A stretch of DNA of 64,000 nucleotides from Thermodesulfobacteriota bacterium (lineage in GTDB: Bacteria; Desulfobacterota_D; UBA1144; Nemesobacterales; UBA2774): contig OZ244197.1 in NCBI GenBank assembly GCA_965216785.1, positions 3,040,001 through 3,104,000 on the forward strand, written 5' to 3'. Both the position numbers and the translations under genes were made by a program. Below are positions 21,352 to 30,134 of the stretch, piece by piece; position 1 is the stretch's first letter; each line of letters opens with the position of its first letter. The notes beneath the pieces were generated by a model. It was not told where the DNA came from. It saw nothing but the letters and a program-made list of their open reading frames with translations, and did not search any database.

Positions 21352-22773
21352 ATGAAGCGACATACGATACTGAGAACATTTTATATTCTATCGATAGGCC
21401 TCCTGATTCTGATGGGCGGAGCCTCCTGTGATGAGAACAACAATATGATGTCCGATGGAGGGTCAGACAATGGAGACAAACCTCTAAACGGAGACGGCAG
21501 CCCTGAACCAACGCCAATGCCTACTCCTATGCCGACCTTCAGTCCTGTGCTCGGCTTTAAGGGCGTAGGAATTGACTATGATCCCGAGGCCAGGTGCAGC
21601 ACCAACAACTGGTCGACCGATTTCCCTGTGGCGTGCAGCCCGCAGGTAGGGTTTACCTGCCCGGGAAGTGGTATGAACACACTGGATAATTGCCCGGCTT
21701 CATGTCAGACATGCTACGACAGCGACCTAGATACTATTAAAAACACACTTAGTGTAGACACGATAACCATCTACCAGCCTAACTACTACATCCTTACAGC
21801 GGCTAAGGCCAAATCGGTAAAGGTAGTTCTCGGGCTATTTAACGACACCGTGGCGGCGCTTGCGTCAAGGCACTGCTCAAACGATATGAGTACTATGTGC
21901 GCCACGGACTCTGATTGCACAGGAGGCGGAACGTGCACGGACGACACGACGGGATGCACGTATGCGGGGTCAACTTCGGTGTGCGGGACAGCGGCGGCAG
22001 ACAGCCTGCTAAACGGAGCGTGCGGAAGCACTACCCCATGGCCCGCGGCGACCTTCTGTGAATCGTCCGGAGCCTACATAACCCCGAATGCAGACTTTAT
22101 ATCTGACGGCACAGTGATAGGCATACAGGTCGGGAACGAGGTCTTAAGCTCGGAAGACCCGACGCTCACAAAAGACGAGGTCGTAAACGCGGCCAAGGTG
22201 CTGAAGAACGCAATTAGCAGCAACAGCCTTACTGCCATACCGATGATAGTCTCGCTCGAGGTTGGGAATGAGCAGAAGTTCTGTGAGAGTGGAGCGCCAC
22301 CTGAGGGCGTTGACTTTATCGCCGCCCACCCGTACTGTGATTTTGTCGCGAGCGTCCCGCCCAGCTGGCCCGACGAGTCGGGAAATACGGCAAAAGAGGC
22401 GGCTGACATGTGCTGGACACAGGTAAAAAGCCTATTTATAGACAACGCGGTTAAGTACTGCGGCGCTGGAAATACCTATATCGGCGAGACCGGATACAAC
22501 ACCGGGTGTCCAGGAGACAGCGGAGAGTCCGGCCATTTAGCAGTAACGCCTCATTTCATTGACGATTTCGTTAGTTGGAGCTGCACTAATAATACAGGCT
22601 CGTTCCTCTTCGCTTTTGTGGACGCGTGCCCCATGGCCGGATGTAAAGCGGGGTGCGACAGCACGACTGAAGCGGGTAACGGCTATTTCGGCCTTTATCA
22701 CACGGACATGTACGATACGATGGGTACTTTAACGGCAAAATACAGCCCGCTCCCAATGCTAACTTGCCCTTAA
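21352..22773 (+). CDS. Cys-rich GH17-like (clan GH-A) glycoside hydrolase, lipoprotein
   Basis: Lipobox GASC; Pro/Thr linker; QVGNEV acid/base, AHPY, IGETGY nucleophile, YFGL; start set at ATG 21352 behind AAGGGG. Confidence 0.7.
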   Translation: MKRHTILRTFYILSIGLLILMGGASCDENNNMMSDGGSDNGDKPLNGDGSPEPTPMPTPMPTFSPVLGFKGVGIDYDPEARCSTNNWSTDFPVACSPQVGFTCPGSGMNTLDNCPASCQTCYDSDLDTIKNTLSVDTITIYQPNYYILTAAKAKSVKVVLGLFNDTVAALASRHCSNDMSTMCATDSDCTGGGTCTDDTTGCTYAGSTSVCGTAAADSLLNGACGSTTPWPAATFCESSGAYITPNADFISDGTVIGIQVGNEVLSSEDPTLTKDEVVNAAKVLKNAISSNSLTAIPMIVSLEVGNEQKFCESGAPPEGVDFIAAHPYCDFVASVPPSWPDESGNTAKEAADMCWTQVKSLFIDNAVKYCGAGNTYIGETGYNTGCPGDSGESGHLAVTPHFIDDFVSWSCTNNTGSFLFAFVDACPMAGCKAGCDSTTEAGNGYFGLYHTDMYDTMGTLTAKYSPLPMLTCP

Positions 22774-22787
22774 TGTATTAGGAGCAA

Positions 22788-24233
22788 TTAAATTCCCGGG
22801 CCGCACTCTATGCTCGATTCTTCGAGTCCGGGGCCGATGTGCAGCTTTTCATTGGCATCACGAAGCGCGGTCCTCAGCCCTTCTTCAATGACAGGGTGGT
22901 AGTAGGGCATTTCGAGCATCTCGGGTATACACATCCTATTCTGATTGGCCCAAGCAAGGAGGTGTCCGATGTGCTCAGCAGCGGGTCCGAACATCTCCGC
23001 TCCCAGAAATATTCCCGTTCCGTATTCCGCATAAATGTAGAGCAGTCCTTTGTTTTTATGCATGACGCGGCTGCGGCCCTGATTCTCAAACGACACCTTG
23101 CCGGTTACGAAGCAGCAGTTTGGCGTTTGCTTGAGCTCGTTATAGCTCTTTCCGGTGATCGCGATCTGGGGCTCGGTGAAAACAATAGTCAGAGGGACAG
23201 TCCTGTGCCCGGCATGGATTTCAGGATAAGCCGCCGCGTTCTCCCCCGCTATACGGCCCTCGTCCGCAGCTTCGTGAAGAAGCGGCAAATCGTTATTCGC
23301 GTCGCCACCGATGAATATTGAGCTGTTCCCGCACTGCATAGTGTAACGGTCGAATAGCGGTATACCTCTTTCGTCAAGTTCAAGGGATGTATTCTCTAGC
23401 CCCAAATTTTGGACATTTGGAGTCCTGCCCGTAGCAGCCAGGAGATATTCAAAATTCTCAGATTTCTCTCTGCCGGACAAGTCTTTGAATTGAACTTGCA
23501 CTTTGTCATCCTGTAAAGAGATTCCAAGGATCTCCGCGTCCGTATCCAGATAGAACTCATCTGCAAATGTCTTGGCCGCGTATTCAATTATCTCCGGATG
23601 GTTGAGCGGACCGACCAATCCGAATTTGCTCAGCATCTTCGTCCTGACTCCGAGGCGGTGGAGAGCCTGCCCTAGCTCTAGGCCGATAATGCCCGCGCCG
23701 AACACTACCACCGATTCGGGTAAATCTTCCCAGTAGAAAACGTCGTCGTTCACTATGAGCCTGTCGTCTAATCCCTCGAACATTGGGAGCACCGCGGGTG
23801 TGGAGCCTGTAGCGATTACAATAGAGCCTGCTTCAACTGTAGTATGATCGTCAACCTGAAGTGTATGGTCATCAACGAATCTTGCATATCCGTCGATCTT
23901 ATCAGCGGCGTCGATGGCATCGACCGAGTCGAGCACAAACCCGACAAAGCGGTCGCGCTCACTCCTGACTCTTTTCATTACAGCGGTTCCGTCTATAGTT
24001 GGCTCACCGTTGGGATAAACTCCGAAAGCGGGGGCTTCCCTGATGGTATGAGCGGCGTCGGCTGCTGATATTAGCAGCTTACTCGGCATACACCCTACCC
24101 TGGCGCACGTAGTGCCGTGATGCCCGCCCTCGATGATTACAGCTTTTCTACCGTGCTCTTTGGCCTTTCTAAACGCAACTAACCCAGCCGAGCCCGCGCC
24201 TATTACCGCAACGTCTGTTTTTAAATTCTTCAC
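22788..24233 (-). CDS. Dihydrolipoyl dehydrogenase-like pyridine nucleotide-disulfide oxidoreductase
   Basis: GAGSAG FAD motif, TTCARVGCMPSK redox disulfide, GAGIIG, YHPVIEE. Confidence 0.9.
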   Translation of the reverse strand: MKNLKTDVAVIGAGSAGLVAFRKAKEHGRKAVIIEGGHHGTTCARVGCMPSKLLISAADAAHTIREAPAFGVYPNGEPTIDGTAVMKRVRSERDRFVGFVLDSVDAIDAADKIDGYARFVDDHTLQVDDHTTVEAGSIVIATGSTPAVLPMFEGLDDRLIVNDDVFYWEDLPESVVVFGAGIIGLELGQALHRLGVRTKMLSKFGLVGPLNHPEIIEYAAKTFADEFYLDTDAEILGISLQDDKVQVQFKDLSGREKSENFEYLLAATGRTPNVQNLGLENTSLELDERGIPLFDRYTMQCGNSSIFIGGDANNDLPLLHEAADEGRIAGENAAAYPEIHAGHRTVPLTIVFTEPQIAITGKSYNELKQTPNCCFVTGKVSFENQGRSRVMHKNKGLLYIYAEYGTGIFLGAEMFGPAAEHIGHLLAWANQNRMCIPEMLEMPYYHPVIEEGLRTALRDANEKLHIGPGLEESSIECGPGI

Positions 24234-24296
24234 AATCGCCCTCTCTTATAAAAAGATATTAGTAGTTATCCCAAGTCCACATTAAAAACTTCAGAT

Positions 24297-24962
24297 TTAG
24301 ACTAAGAGTTTGGACCCTCTTTCCGCAGCCTTCTTCTCATCAATCTTTTTCGACTTCGGAACGTCCATGCCGCGCTGTACCGCAGGTCGGCGCCTGATTT
24401 TTGTCATCCATTTTCTCAGGTTATTAAGCCCTTCTACTTCCACGCCCGCCCAATTGTGAAGCGTAATCCACGGGTATGTCGCAATATCCGCTATAGAATA
24501 AAAATCTCCGCCCAAATACTCGTTTTCGCTTAAGCGCTTATCGAGCACTTCGTAGAGCCTTCTGGTCTCTCGCTGATAACGGCTGACAGCGTATTCTATC
24601 CTCTCCGGTGCGTAGCGGTGAAACACGTTTGCCTGTCCCTGCATAGGCCCGATCCCCGCCATCTGAAACATGAGCCATTGAATAACCGTCGAGCGTCCGT
24701 TTACATCCGTAGGTAAGAATTTTCCCGTCTTCTCCGCGAGATAGATGAGTATAGCGCCCGATTCGAATACTGAAAACCCATCGTTATCATGATCCACAAT
24801 TGTCGGGATTCGCCCGTTTGGGTTTATAGTGAGATAAAACTCGTCTTTTTGCTCCATTTTGCTGAGGCTCAGGTGCTTGAGATTGTACGGGAGCTCCACC
24901 TCTTCAAGCATTATGGATACCTTCCTCCCATTGGGTGTAGAAGCAGTGTAAAGATCTATCAT
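24297..24962 (-). CDS. Glutathione S-transferase, Nu/YfcG-like class
   Basis: STPNG, NPNGRIP, FESGAIL, GPMQGQ; start at ATG 24962 behind GGAGGT. Confidence 0.9.
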   Translation of the reverse strand: MIDLYTASTPNGRKVSIMLEEVELPYNLKHLSLSKMEQKDEFYLTINPNGRIPTIVDHDNDGFSVFESGAILIYLAEKTGKFLPTDVNGRSTVIQWLMFQMAGIGPMQGQANVFHRYAPERIEYAVSRYQRETRRLYEVLDKRLSENEYLGGDFYSIADIATYPWITLHNWAGVEVEGLNNLRKWMTKIRRRPAVQRGMDVPKSKKIDEKKAAERGSKLLV

Positions 24963-25248
24963 GTAGTAAACCTCCGGCAATATAGGATCGAAATATGTAT
25001 CCTTTATCAAGAATAACAGGTTTTAGATATTTTTTTTCAACAATTTAGTTGAGAAAATGTGAGCCCGGGATTCAATGAAGAAATACTTTAAGATAGCTAT
25101 GAGTAAAAGTATCCCTTATTGCTTTCTTGCACAGTAGAGCGCTATCCGCTTTAATGAGCGCCGCGCTTCATATATAATATCCCTAATTCAATCCCTAACG
25201 CATGCGGCACTTACGAGCAACCCGGCGTATTAAGGAGATAATTAGATA

Positions 25249-26319
25249 ATGTTCATTGATTATGACAAATTAGCGCTGGCCGCGCTAAACGGCCAGGAGA
25301 TAGACCGGGAGGTCGCCTTGGCAATTCTGGAAGATCCGGAAGTCGATTTGCTAAATCTAGCAGCCGCCGCAGGAAAGGTGCGAATGGCCTACTTCGGGAA
25401 AAAGGTCATGATCCATCAAATAAATAACATTCAAAACGGCCTATGCCCCGAGGATTGCGGATACTGCGGGCAATCCAAAGTAACAAACGCAAAGATAAAC
25501 AAATACCCTATGAAGTCCGAGGAGGATATCTTAAAAGAAGCCCAAGAGGCCAAAGCGCGGGGTGCGTACCGTTACTGTATGGTCGCGAGCGGCCGCGGCC
25601 CCTCTGACAGAGCGACAGACAAGCTCACGCGCGTGATCAGACGGATTAACGATGAAGTCGGAATCAAGACATGTCTATCCGCAGGAATAGTTAACGAAGA
25701 GCAGATTAAAGAATTAAAAGAAGCTGGTCTTGACCGCCTGAACCACAACCTCAATACGAGCGAGCGTCACACGCCGTGCATAGTAACCACGCACACATAC
25801 GAGGACAGGAAAAACACGATTATGGCCGCGAGTAAAGCGGGTCTCGATACCTGTAGCGGTATCATCGTCGGTATGGGAGAAACAAATGAGGACATACTGG
25901 ACGTTGCATATGCTCTAAAAGAGATGAATGTCCCCTCTATCCCGGTGAATTTTCTAATCCCGATCAAGGGCAACCCGCTCTACGATTTTAACCAGCTCAC
26001 GCCCGAGCGCTGCCTGCGTATTCTATGCGCGTTCAGGTTCATAAACCCAAAAGCAGAGCTTCGTATGGGCGGGGGACGTGAGGGACATCTGAGGGGCCTA
26101 CAGTCACTTGCTCTGTATCCCGCAAACTCACTGTTTGTAGAAGGCTATCTCGTAACCAGGGGAGATAAGGTGGACAAGGTTTATCAGATGATCCGAGACG
26201 CCGGATTTGAAGCGGACAATGAGGAAGGATTAGACCAAGAACTTACCTCGGCGGATAAATTCACAATAGACGATGACCCGGACATAATGAACCCAAAGAC
26301 CGCTCCCAGAGAGCAATAA
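25249..26319 (+). CDS. bioB: Biotin synthase (radical SAM)
   Basis: CPEDCGYC; NHNLNTS; CSGIIVGMGE; SIPVNFL; RMGGGRE; SD AAGGAG. Confidence 0.95.
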   Translation: MFIDYDKLALAALNGQEIDREVALAILEDPEVDLLNLAAAAGKVRMAYFGKKVMIHQINNIQNGLCPEDCGYCGQSKVTNAKINKYPMKSEEDILKEAQEAKARGAYRYCMVASGRGPSDRATDKLTRVIRRINDEVGIKTCLSAGIVNEEQIKELKEAGLDRLNHNLNTSERHTPCIVTTHTYEDRKNTIMAASKAGLDTCSGIIVGMGETNEDILDVAYALKEMNVPSIPVNFLIPIKGNPLYDFNQLTPERCLRILCAFRFINPKAELRMGGGREGHLRGLQSLALYPANSLFVEGYLVTRGDKVDKVYQMIRDAGFEADNEEGLDQELTSADKFTIDDDPDIMNPKTAPREQ

Positions 26320-26398
26320 CTTAAAGAGCAGAGCAGCATGCACCTTCGGACTGAACATTCTCCCCTCAAATACTAACGCTGGATAAGAAACCGACCTT

Positions 26399-26755
26399 AT
26401 GATAGAAATTCACACAGGTAGTTGTGAATATAAATCCTATGTCAGCTACCGTCTGGAAAAGCATGGCCGAGACTGGGTGCTGTACATAACAGGGGGCGTT
26501 CCCCACATCGGGTCTGTTGCGTGCACGGAAAGGATAGGAGACACTGCGGAAATCCATCAATTCACTCTCCGGCACCATAGAGAGGACAAAATAGTCCGCC
26601 GGGCTGTCGAAGGACTTAGGGGACTGCTGGAGGGTGAAATTCTCGTAGTTGGAGGTATCCACTACGATGATATCGAACCTGATCAAATCCGGCAGATTGA
26701 GCAAAACTGCGCCGAGCTACTCAACCGCCTCACATCAAAACTTAGAGATAACTAA
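26399..26755 (+). CDS. LpdD-like protein (prenyl-FMN-binding / PAC-like fold)
   Basis: ITGGxPHIG, HRED and GIHxDDI motifs resemble Lactiplantibacillus LpdD as recalled. Confidence 0.6.
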   Translation: MIEIHTGSCEYKSYVSYRLEKHGRDWVLYITGGVPHIGSVACTERIGDTAEIHQFTLRHHREDKIVRRAVEGLRGLLEGEILVVGGIHYDDIEPDQIRQIEQNCAELLNRLTSKLRDN

Positions 26756-26793
26756 CCTCGTCCCAAATCTGGAATTACACACCAGAATAAACT

Positions 26794-27489
26794 TTATATT
26801 ACATATTCCCTTAGCCAGTAATGAAGTGGAGCGTAATCCTTAAATATTTTATAGCAGTAATCCAGGAAGTCAGCGGAATATATTTCTTTCGGAAGCTGAA
26901 TCTCGCACAAAGCGTGTATCCCGTTATACAGAAGAAGCTCAGCGTTCGGGTGCTCGGGGTCATAACCCCTGGGTACCCTTTTATAGTGGGTGTCCCCAAC
27001 CTTATAAAGCCCGTTTTTGGTTATCTTTTTTATGATATTCCTTAGCTCTTTGCCTTTCTTGGGATCGACCACCGCGTCGCGGTAGGGTTTAAGCAGGTCT
27101 TTAGGAAATATATACAGCCCTCCGGCCACGTAGATCGAGCTCTTATTGAGCTGAAGGTAAAACCCCGGATTCTCGAGCTTTTTCCTCTTCCCTTCCCAGA
27201 AGAAAATCCCTATATGGGTTTTATAGGGGGTTTTATCCTTAGAGAATCGGACGTCTTTATAAATCCGGAAGATCGACTTATCAGTCTTGGGAATAGCGAC
27301 TATTCCGGGAGCTATTGAGTGCAGCCTCTCACCCATCCCGGAGATAAAAGAGAGTGAAGGCTGAAGGACCTTATCTTCAAATATCTCCCTGTTCTCCTCA
27401 AACCACTCCTTTCTATTATTCCTCTCAAGGTCCTTCAGGAATTTAAATGTGTCCTTACTGAACCCGCCAAATGCATCCGTTTCTGCCAA
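26794..27489 (-). CDS. DUF2461 family protein
   Basis: FLKDLERNNRKEWF, FRIYKDVRFSKDKTPYK signature. Confidence 0.9.
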   Translation of the reverse strand: MAETDAFGGFSKDTFKFLKDLERNNRKEWFEENREIFEDKVLQPSLSFISGMGERLHSIAPGIVAIPKTDKSIFRIYKDVRFSKDKTPYKTHIGIFFWEGKRKKLENPGFYLQLNKSSIYVAGGLYIFPKDLLKPYRDAVVDPKKGKELRNIIKKITKNGLYKVGDTHYKRVPRGYDPEHPNAELLLYNGIHALCEIQLPKEIYSADFLDYCYKIFKDYAPLHYWLREYVI

Positions 27490-27537
27490 GGGCGGCCTCC
27501 GTGAATTTATGAAATTATCCCGTCCAATTATAAACGT

Positions 27538-28179
27538 TTATGCTGCAGATTGAAGTGCGTCGGTATAACTCTTGTGACACCTCGTATAAAACTCCTCATT
27601 TTGCAAACGGCTCCGCCAAGCACTTATGTGTGGATAAGGCGATAAATCTATCTGTGAAGCCTCTGCCGGGTCGAGTACCGACAAGAGATTAAAGTCGGCG
27701 AGCGTGAGCTTGTCCCCCGCTATGTAGGGATTCTCGGATAATTGATTTTCAACTACAGGCAGAAACCTGTCTAAGAAGCTAAGACCGTCCGTGACCGACC
27801 TCTCATCGACTTCGACACCTACTACAGGGGCAAGCACCCTGTTAAAGAAAACCCGGTTAACACCGTTATTTACGTGTAATGACACAAAGTCAGTCCACTT
27901 GTCCACCTGGGCCCTTTCCGCTAAATCAGCTGGATATAAAGTCGAACCGTGTTTTTCAGCCAGATATTTAATTATTGACCCGCTTTCAAACAGTACAAAC
28001 CCGTCATCATCCATAACGGGCACTTTTCCCGCAGGATGCAGTTTGAGATGCTCATCCTTCATGTGCTCACCCGCCATTAAGTTAACGGGCACGTACTCAT
28101 AATCGAGCCCCATATAATTTGCGACGTATCTTACTTTATTACTTGGAAGTGAAAGCGGAAACGCATAGATTTTAAGCAT
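27538..28179 (-). CDS. Glutathione S-transferase family protein
   Basis: HPAGKVP, LFESGSI, LTLADF motifs; SD AGGAGGAG. Confidence 0.9.
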   Translation of the reverse strand: MLKIYAFPLSLPSNKVRYVANYMGLDYEYVPVNLMAGEHMKDEHLKLHPAGKVPVMDDDGFVLFESGSIIKYLAEKHGSTLYPADLAERAQVDKWTDFVSLHVNNGVNRVFFNRVLAPVVGVEVDERSVTDGLSFLDRFLPVVENQLSENPYIAGDKLTLADFNLLSVLDPAEASQIDLSPYPHISAWRSRLQNEEFYTRCHKSYTDALQSAA

Positions 28180-28211
28180 TGTTTACTCCTCCTATTACTA
28201 ATATTAGATTT

Positions 28212-28260
28212 TGGACTACTTGGTACATTTATATTGTACTAAGCAGTACATCTATGTCAA
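28212..28260 (-). promoter_or_regulatory. Sigma70-type promoter of the GST gene overlapped by two palindromic operators
   Basis: TTGACA (28260-28255), 16 bp, TACAAT (28238-28233); TGTACT-N4-AGTACA at 28235-28250 and TGGACT-N4-GGTACA at 28212-28227. Confidence 0.75.
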
Positions 28261-28283
28261 GTAAAATATTTTTAGTGGAGGAA

Positions 28284-28883
28284 TTACTTGGAAAAGGACT
28301 TTAAATAAGTAAGAGCGTGTTTGACTGTATTTTCAGCAGGCCCTGGGTCTTTATTAAATTTTGATAGCAGCAGCGCTCCCTGAAGTGAGGCCAACGAGAA
28401 GTTTGCAAGGGACTTCGGATCGGCTGTTTCTTTAAGCTTCCCTGCTTTTTTTAAGCCTTCGAAAAACTCGGTTATCTTTTGTATGGAAATATTCATGACC
28501 GCATTTACATCCTGTCTAATATCCTCATTCTCTGCCGCAAGCTCATTCCCAATGGAGCCTATCGGGCATGCCCTCTCGTAATTAAACATCTCTATGCCAC
28601 GCAAATGATCGTGAAAATAGTTTTCCAGCCCTTCCCAGCTGTCGATATCAATTCTAATTGGCCCCTGCCCGCTCTTCAGAACATTTTTATAAAACCTGAG
28701 AACTTCGCGGACAATATCCTCTTTACTTTGGAAATAATGATAGAACTGGCTCTTACCCGTACCTGAGGCTTCTAGTATCTGGTCTACGCTTGTGGCGCGC
28801 ACGCCGTTTTTATGAAAGAGCTCCCTTGCAGTCTCTACAATACGAGCCCTCGTAATATTCCCTTTTTCAGATAACTCTTGCAT
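28284..28883 (-). CDS. TetR/AcrR family transcriptional regulator (NemR-like)
   Basis: N-terminal HTH (TSVDQILEASGTGKSQFYHYFQSKE); ACPIGSIGNE C-domain Cys. Confidence 0.92.
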   Translation of the reverse strand: MQELSEKGNITRARIVETARELFHKNGVRATSVDQILEASGTGKSQFYHYFQSKEDIVREVLRFYKNVLKSGQGPIRIDIDSWEGLENYFHDHLRGIEMFNYERACPIGSIGNELAAENEDIRQDVNAVMNISIQKITEFFEGLKKAGKLKETADPKSLANFSLASLQGALLLSKFNKDPGPAENTVKHALTYLKSFSK

Positions 28884-28890
28884 ACTATTA

Positions 28891-28908
28891 TTGTACTAAA
28901 TAGTTCAA
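28891..28908. promoter_or_regulatory. Putative TetR autoregulatory operator overlapping the -10 box
   Basis: TTGTACT-AAAT-AGTTCAA, same motif as the two sites upstream of the GST. Confidence 0.7.
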
Positions 28909-28934
28909 TTTAATCAATCTATCCAGTGACCGGT

Positions 28935-29531
28935 CTATATATCTCCGTACCCAATTTTCTTACTCTTTTTAAGCCTCACGAACATGACTATATGGACGAA
29001 AATAATAACAGGCACTATAAACGTCGGCAGCAGACTGAGCGGCAGCTTGAGAAGCTCACTCATTGAAGCAGGCTCAGCCATCGCCAGTCTCCCTGCTGTA
29101 GCTACGACAAAGAGAATATCCAGAAGCCCAAGGAGGTTCCATAGGAAAAACAAAAACCAAGAGGCTTTCCCCCTCGACGGAATAAAGAGAATAAGCCCCA
29201 CGGCTAGGGCAGCTATAACAATATCGCCCCACCCTCCTAGTACCGCGAAATCGTAAGGAAGCTTTCCTTGAGCGTAGAGTATAAGAAAATAGACCCCTAC
29301 GAACCTAACTAGGTTAAAAAGAAGAAAAACTTTTACATCGATGCCGATACACCAGCTCTTAAACCCATCTACCCGCCAAAATGAGAGCAGCAAGATAATA
29401 ACCAGCCCGAAGAGAATGAACTGAGGTAAAGGCGGGCGGAGAGAGGCTAATACTCCTGACGCCCCTGCTATAAGCGCTATTATCAGCCATACACCAGCGA
29501 TCGCCGCAATATTGATCGAGCTTCTATCCAT
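28935..29531 (-). CDS. Hypothetical integral membrane protein
   Basis: About 6 TM helices; GWGDI, WNLLGLLD, PLSLLPTFIVP motifs of an uncharacterised family. Confidence 0.75.
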   Translation of the reverse strand: MDRSSINIAAIAGVWLIIALIAGASGVLASLRPPLPQFILFGLVIILLLSFWRVDGFKSWCIGIDVKVFLLFNLVRFVGVYFLILYAQGKLPYDFAVLGGWGDIVIAALAVGLILFIPSRGKASWFLFFLWNLLGLLDILFVVATAGRLAMAEPASMSELLKLPLSLLPTFIVPVIIFVHIVMFVRLKKSKKIGYGDI

Positions 29532-29540
29532 AATGTCTAC

Positions 29541-30080
29541 TCAATCCTTTAAATTAAATATCTTCAAGGGCGTGTATACGGATCCCTTGTTATTTAGCTC
29601 GCTCTTAATGAGACCTACGTGGGATATATCAAAAGCGGTCTTCTCGGGAAATGCAATCGGTTTTTTTATACTCAATTTACTCTTTACTCGTCCAACGGTA
29701 ATATGCGGAATGAACCTTCGGTTTTCCGCTTTAAAACCAAGCGCTTCCAGCTCACTCTCGATTTCGCTTTTAAGCAAGGAAAGCCCATCATTGGGCGAAA
29801 GACCAACAAATAAAACACGGGGCTTTTCTAGATTCGGGAAACCACCGAACCTTGTGATATTCATATTAAAGGGTGAGTATTTAAAACAGAGGGTTTCTAG
29901 TTTATCGGAAATCTCTGCTGCGGCACTGTCCCCGGTTTCTCCGAGAAATTTTAGCGTAACGTGAAGCTTTTCGTACTTCTCCCACTTAACACCGTCAATA
30001 CACGGCTTAAGTCCGTCTATATATTCACCTACCTTGAGCCTGACCTCATCGGGCAAAAGCCCCGCAATAAATATTCTCAA
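29541..30080 (-). CDS. thpR: RNA 2',3'-cyclic phosphodiesterase (2H family)
   Basis: MRIFIA start, HVTLKFLG and PHITVGR 2H motifs. Confidence 0.9.
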   Translation of the reverse strand: MRIFIAGLLPDEVRLKVGEYIDGLKPCIDGVKWEKYEKLHVTLKFLGETGDSAAAEISDKLETLCFKYSPFNMNITRFGGFPNLEKPRVLFVGLSPNDGLSLLKSEIESELEALGFKAENRRFIPHITVGRVKSKLSIKKPIAFPEKTAFDISHVGLIKSELNNKGSVYTPLKIFNLKD

Positions 30081-30134
30081 GATAACTCACCGGATATGAG
30101 CACAAGACTTCCCCATTAATTATCTTCCCGGGAT

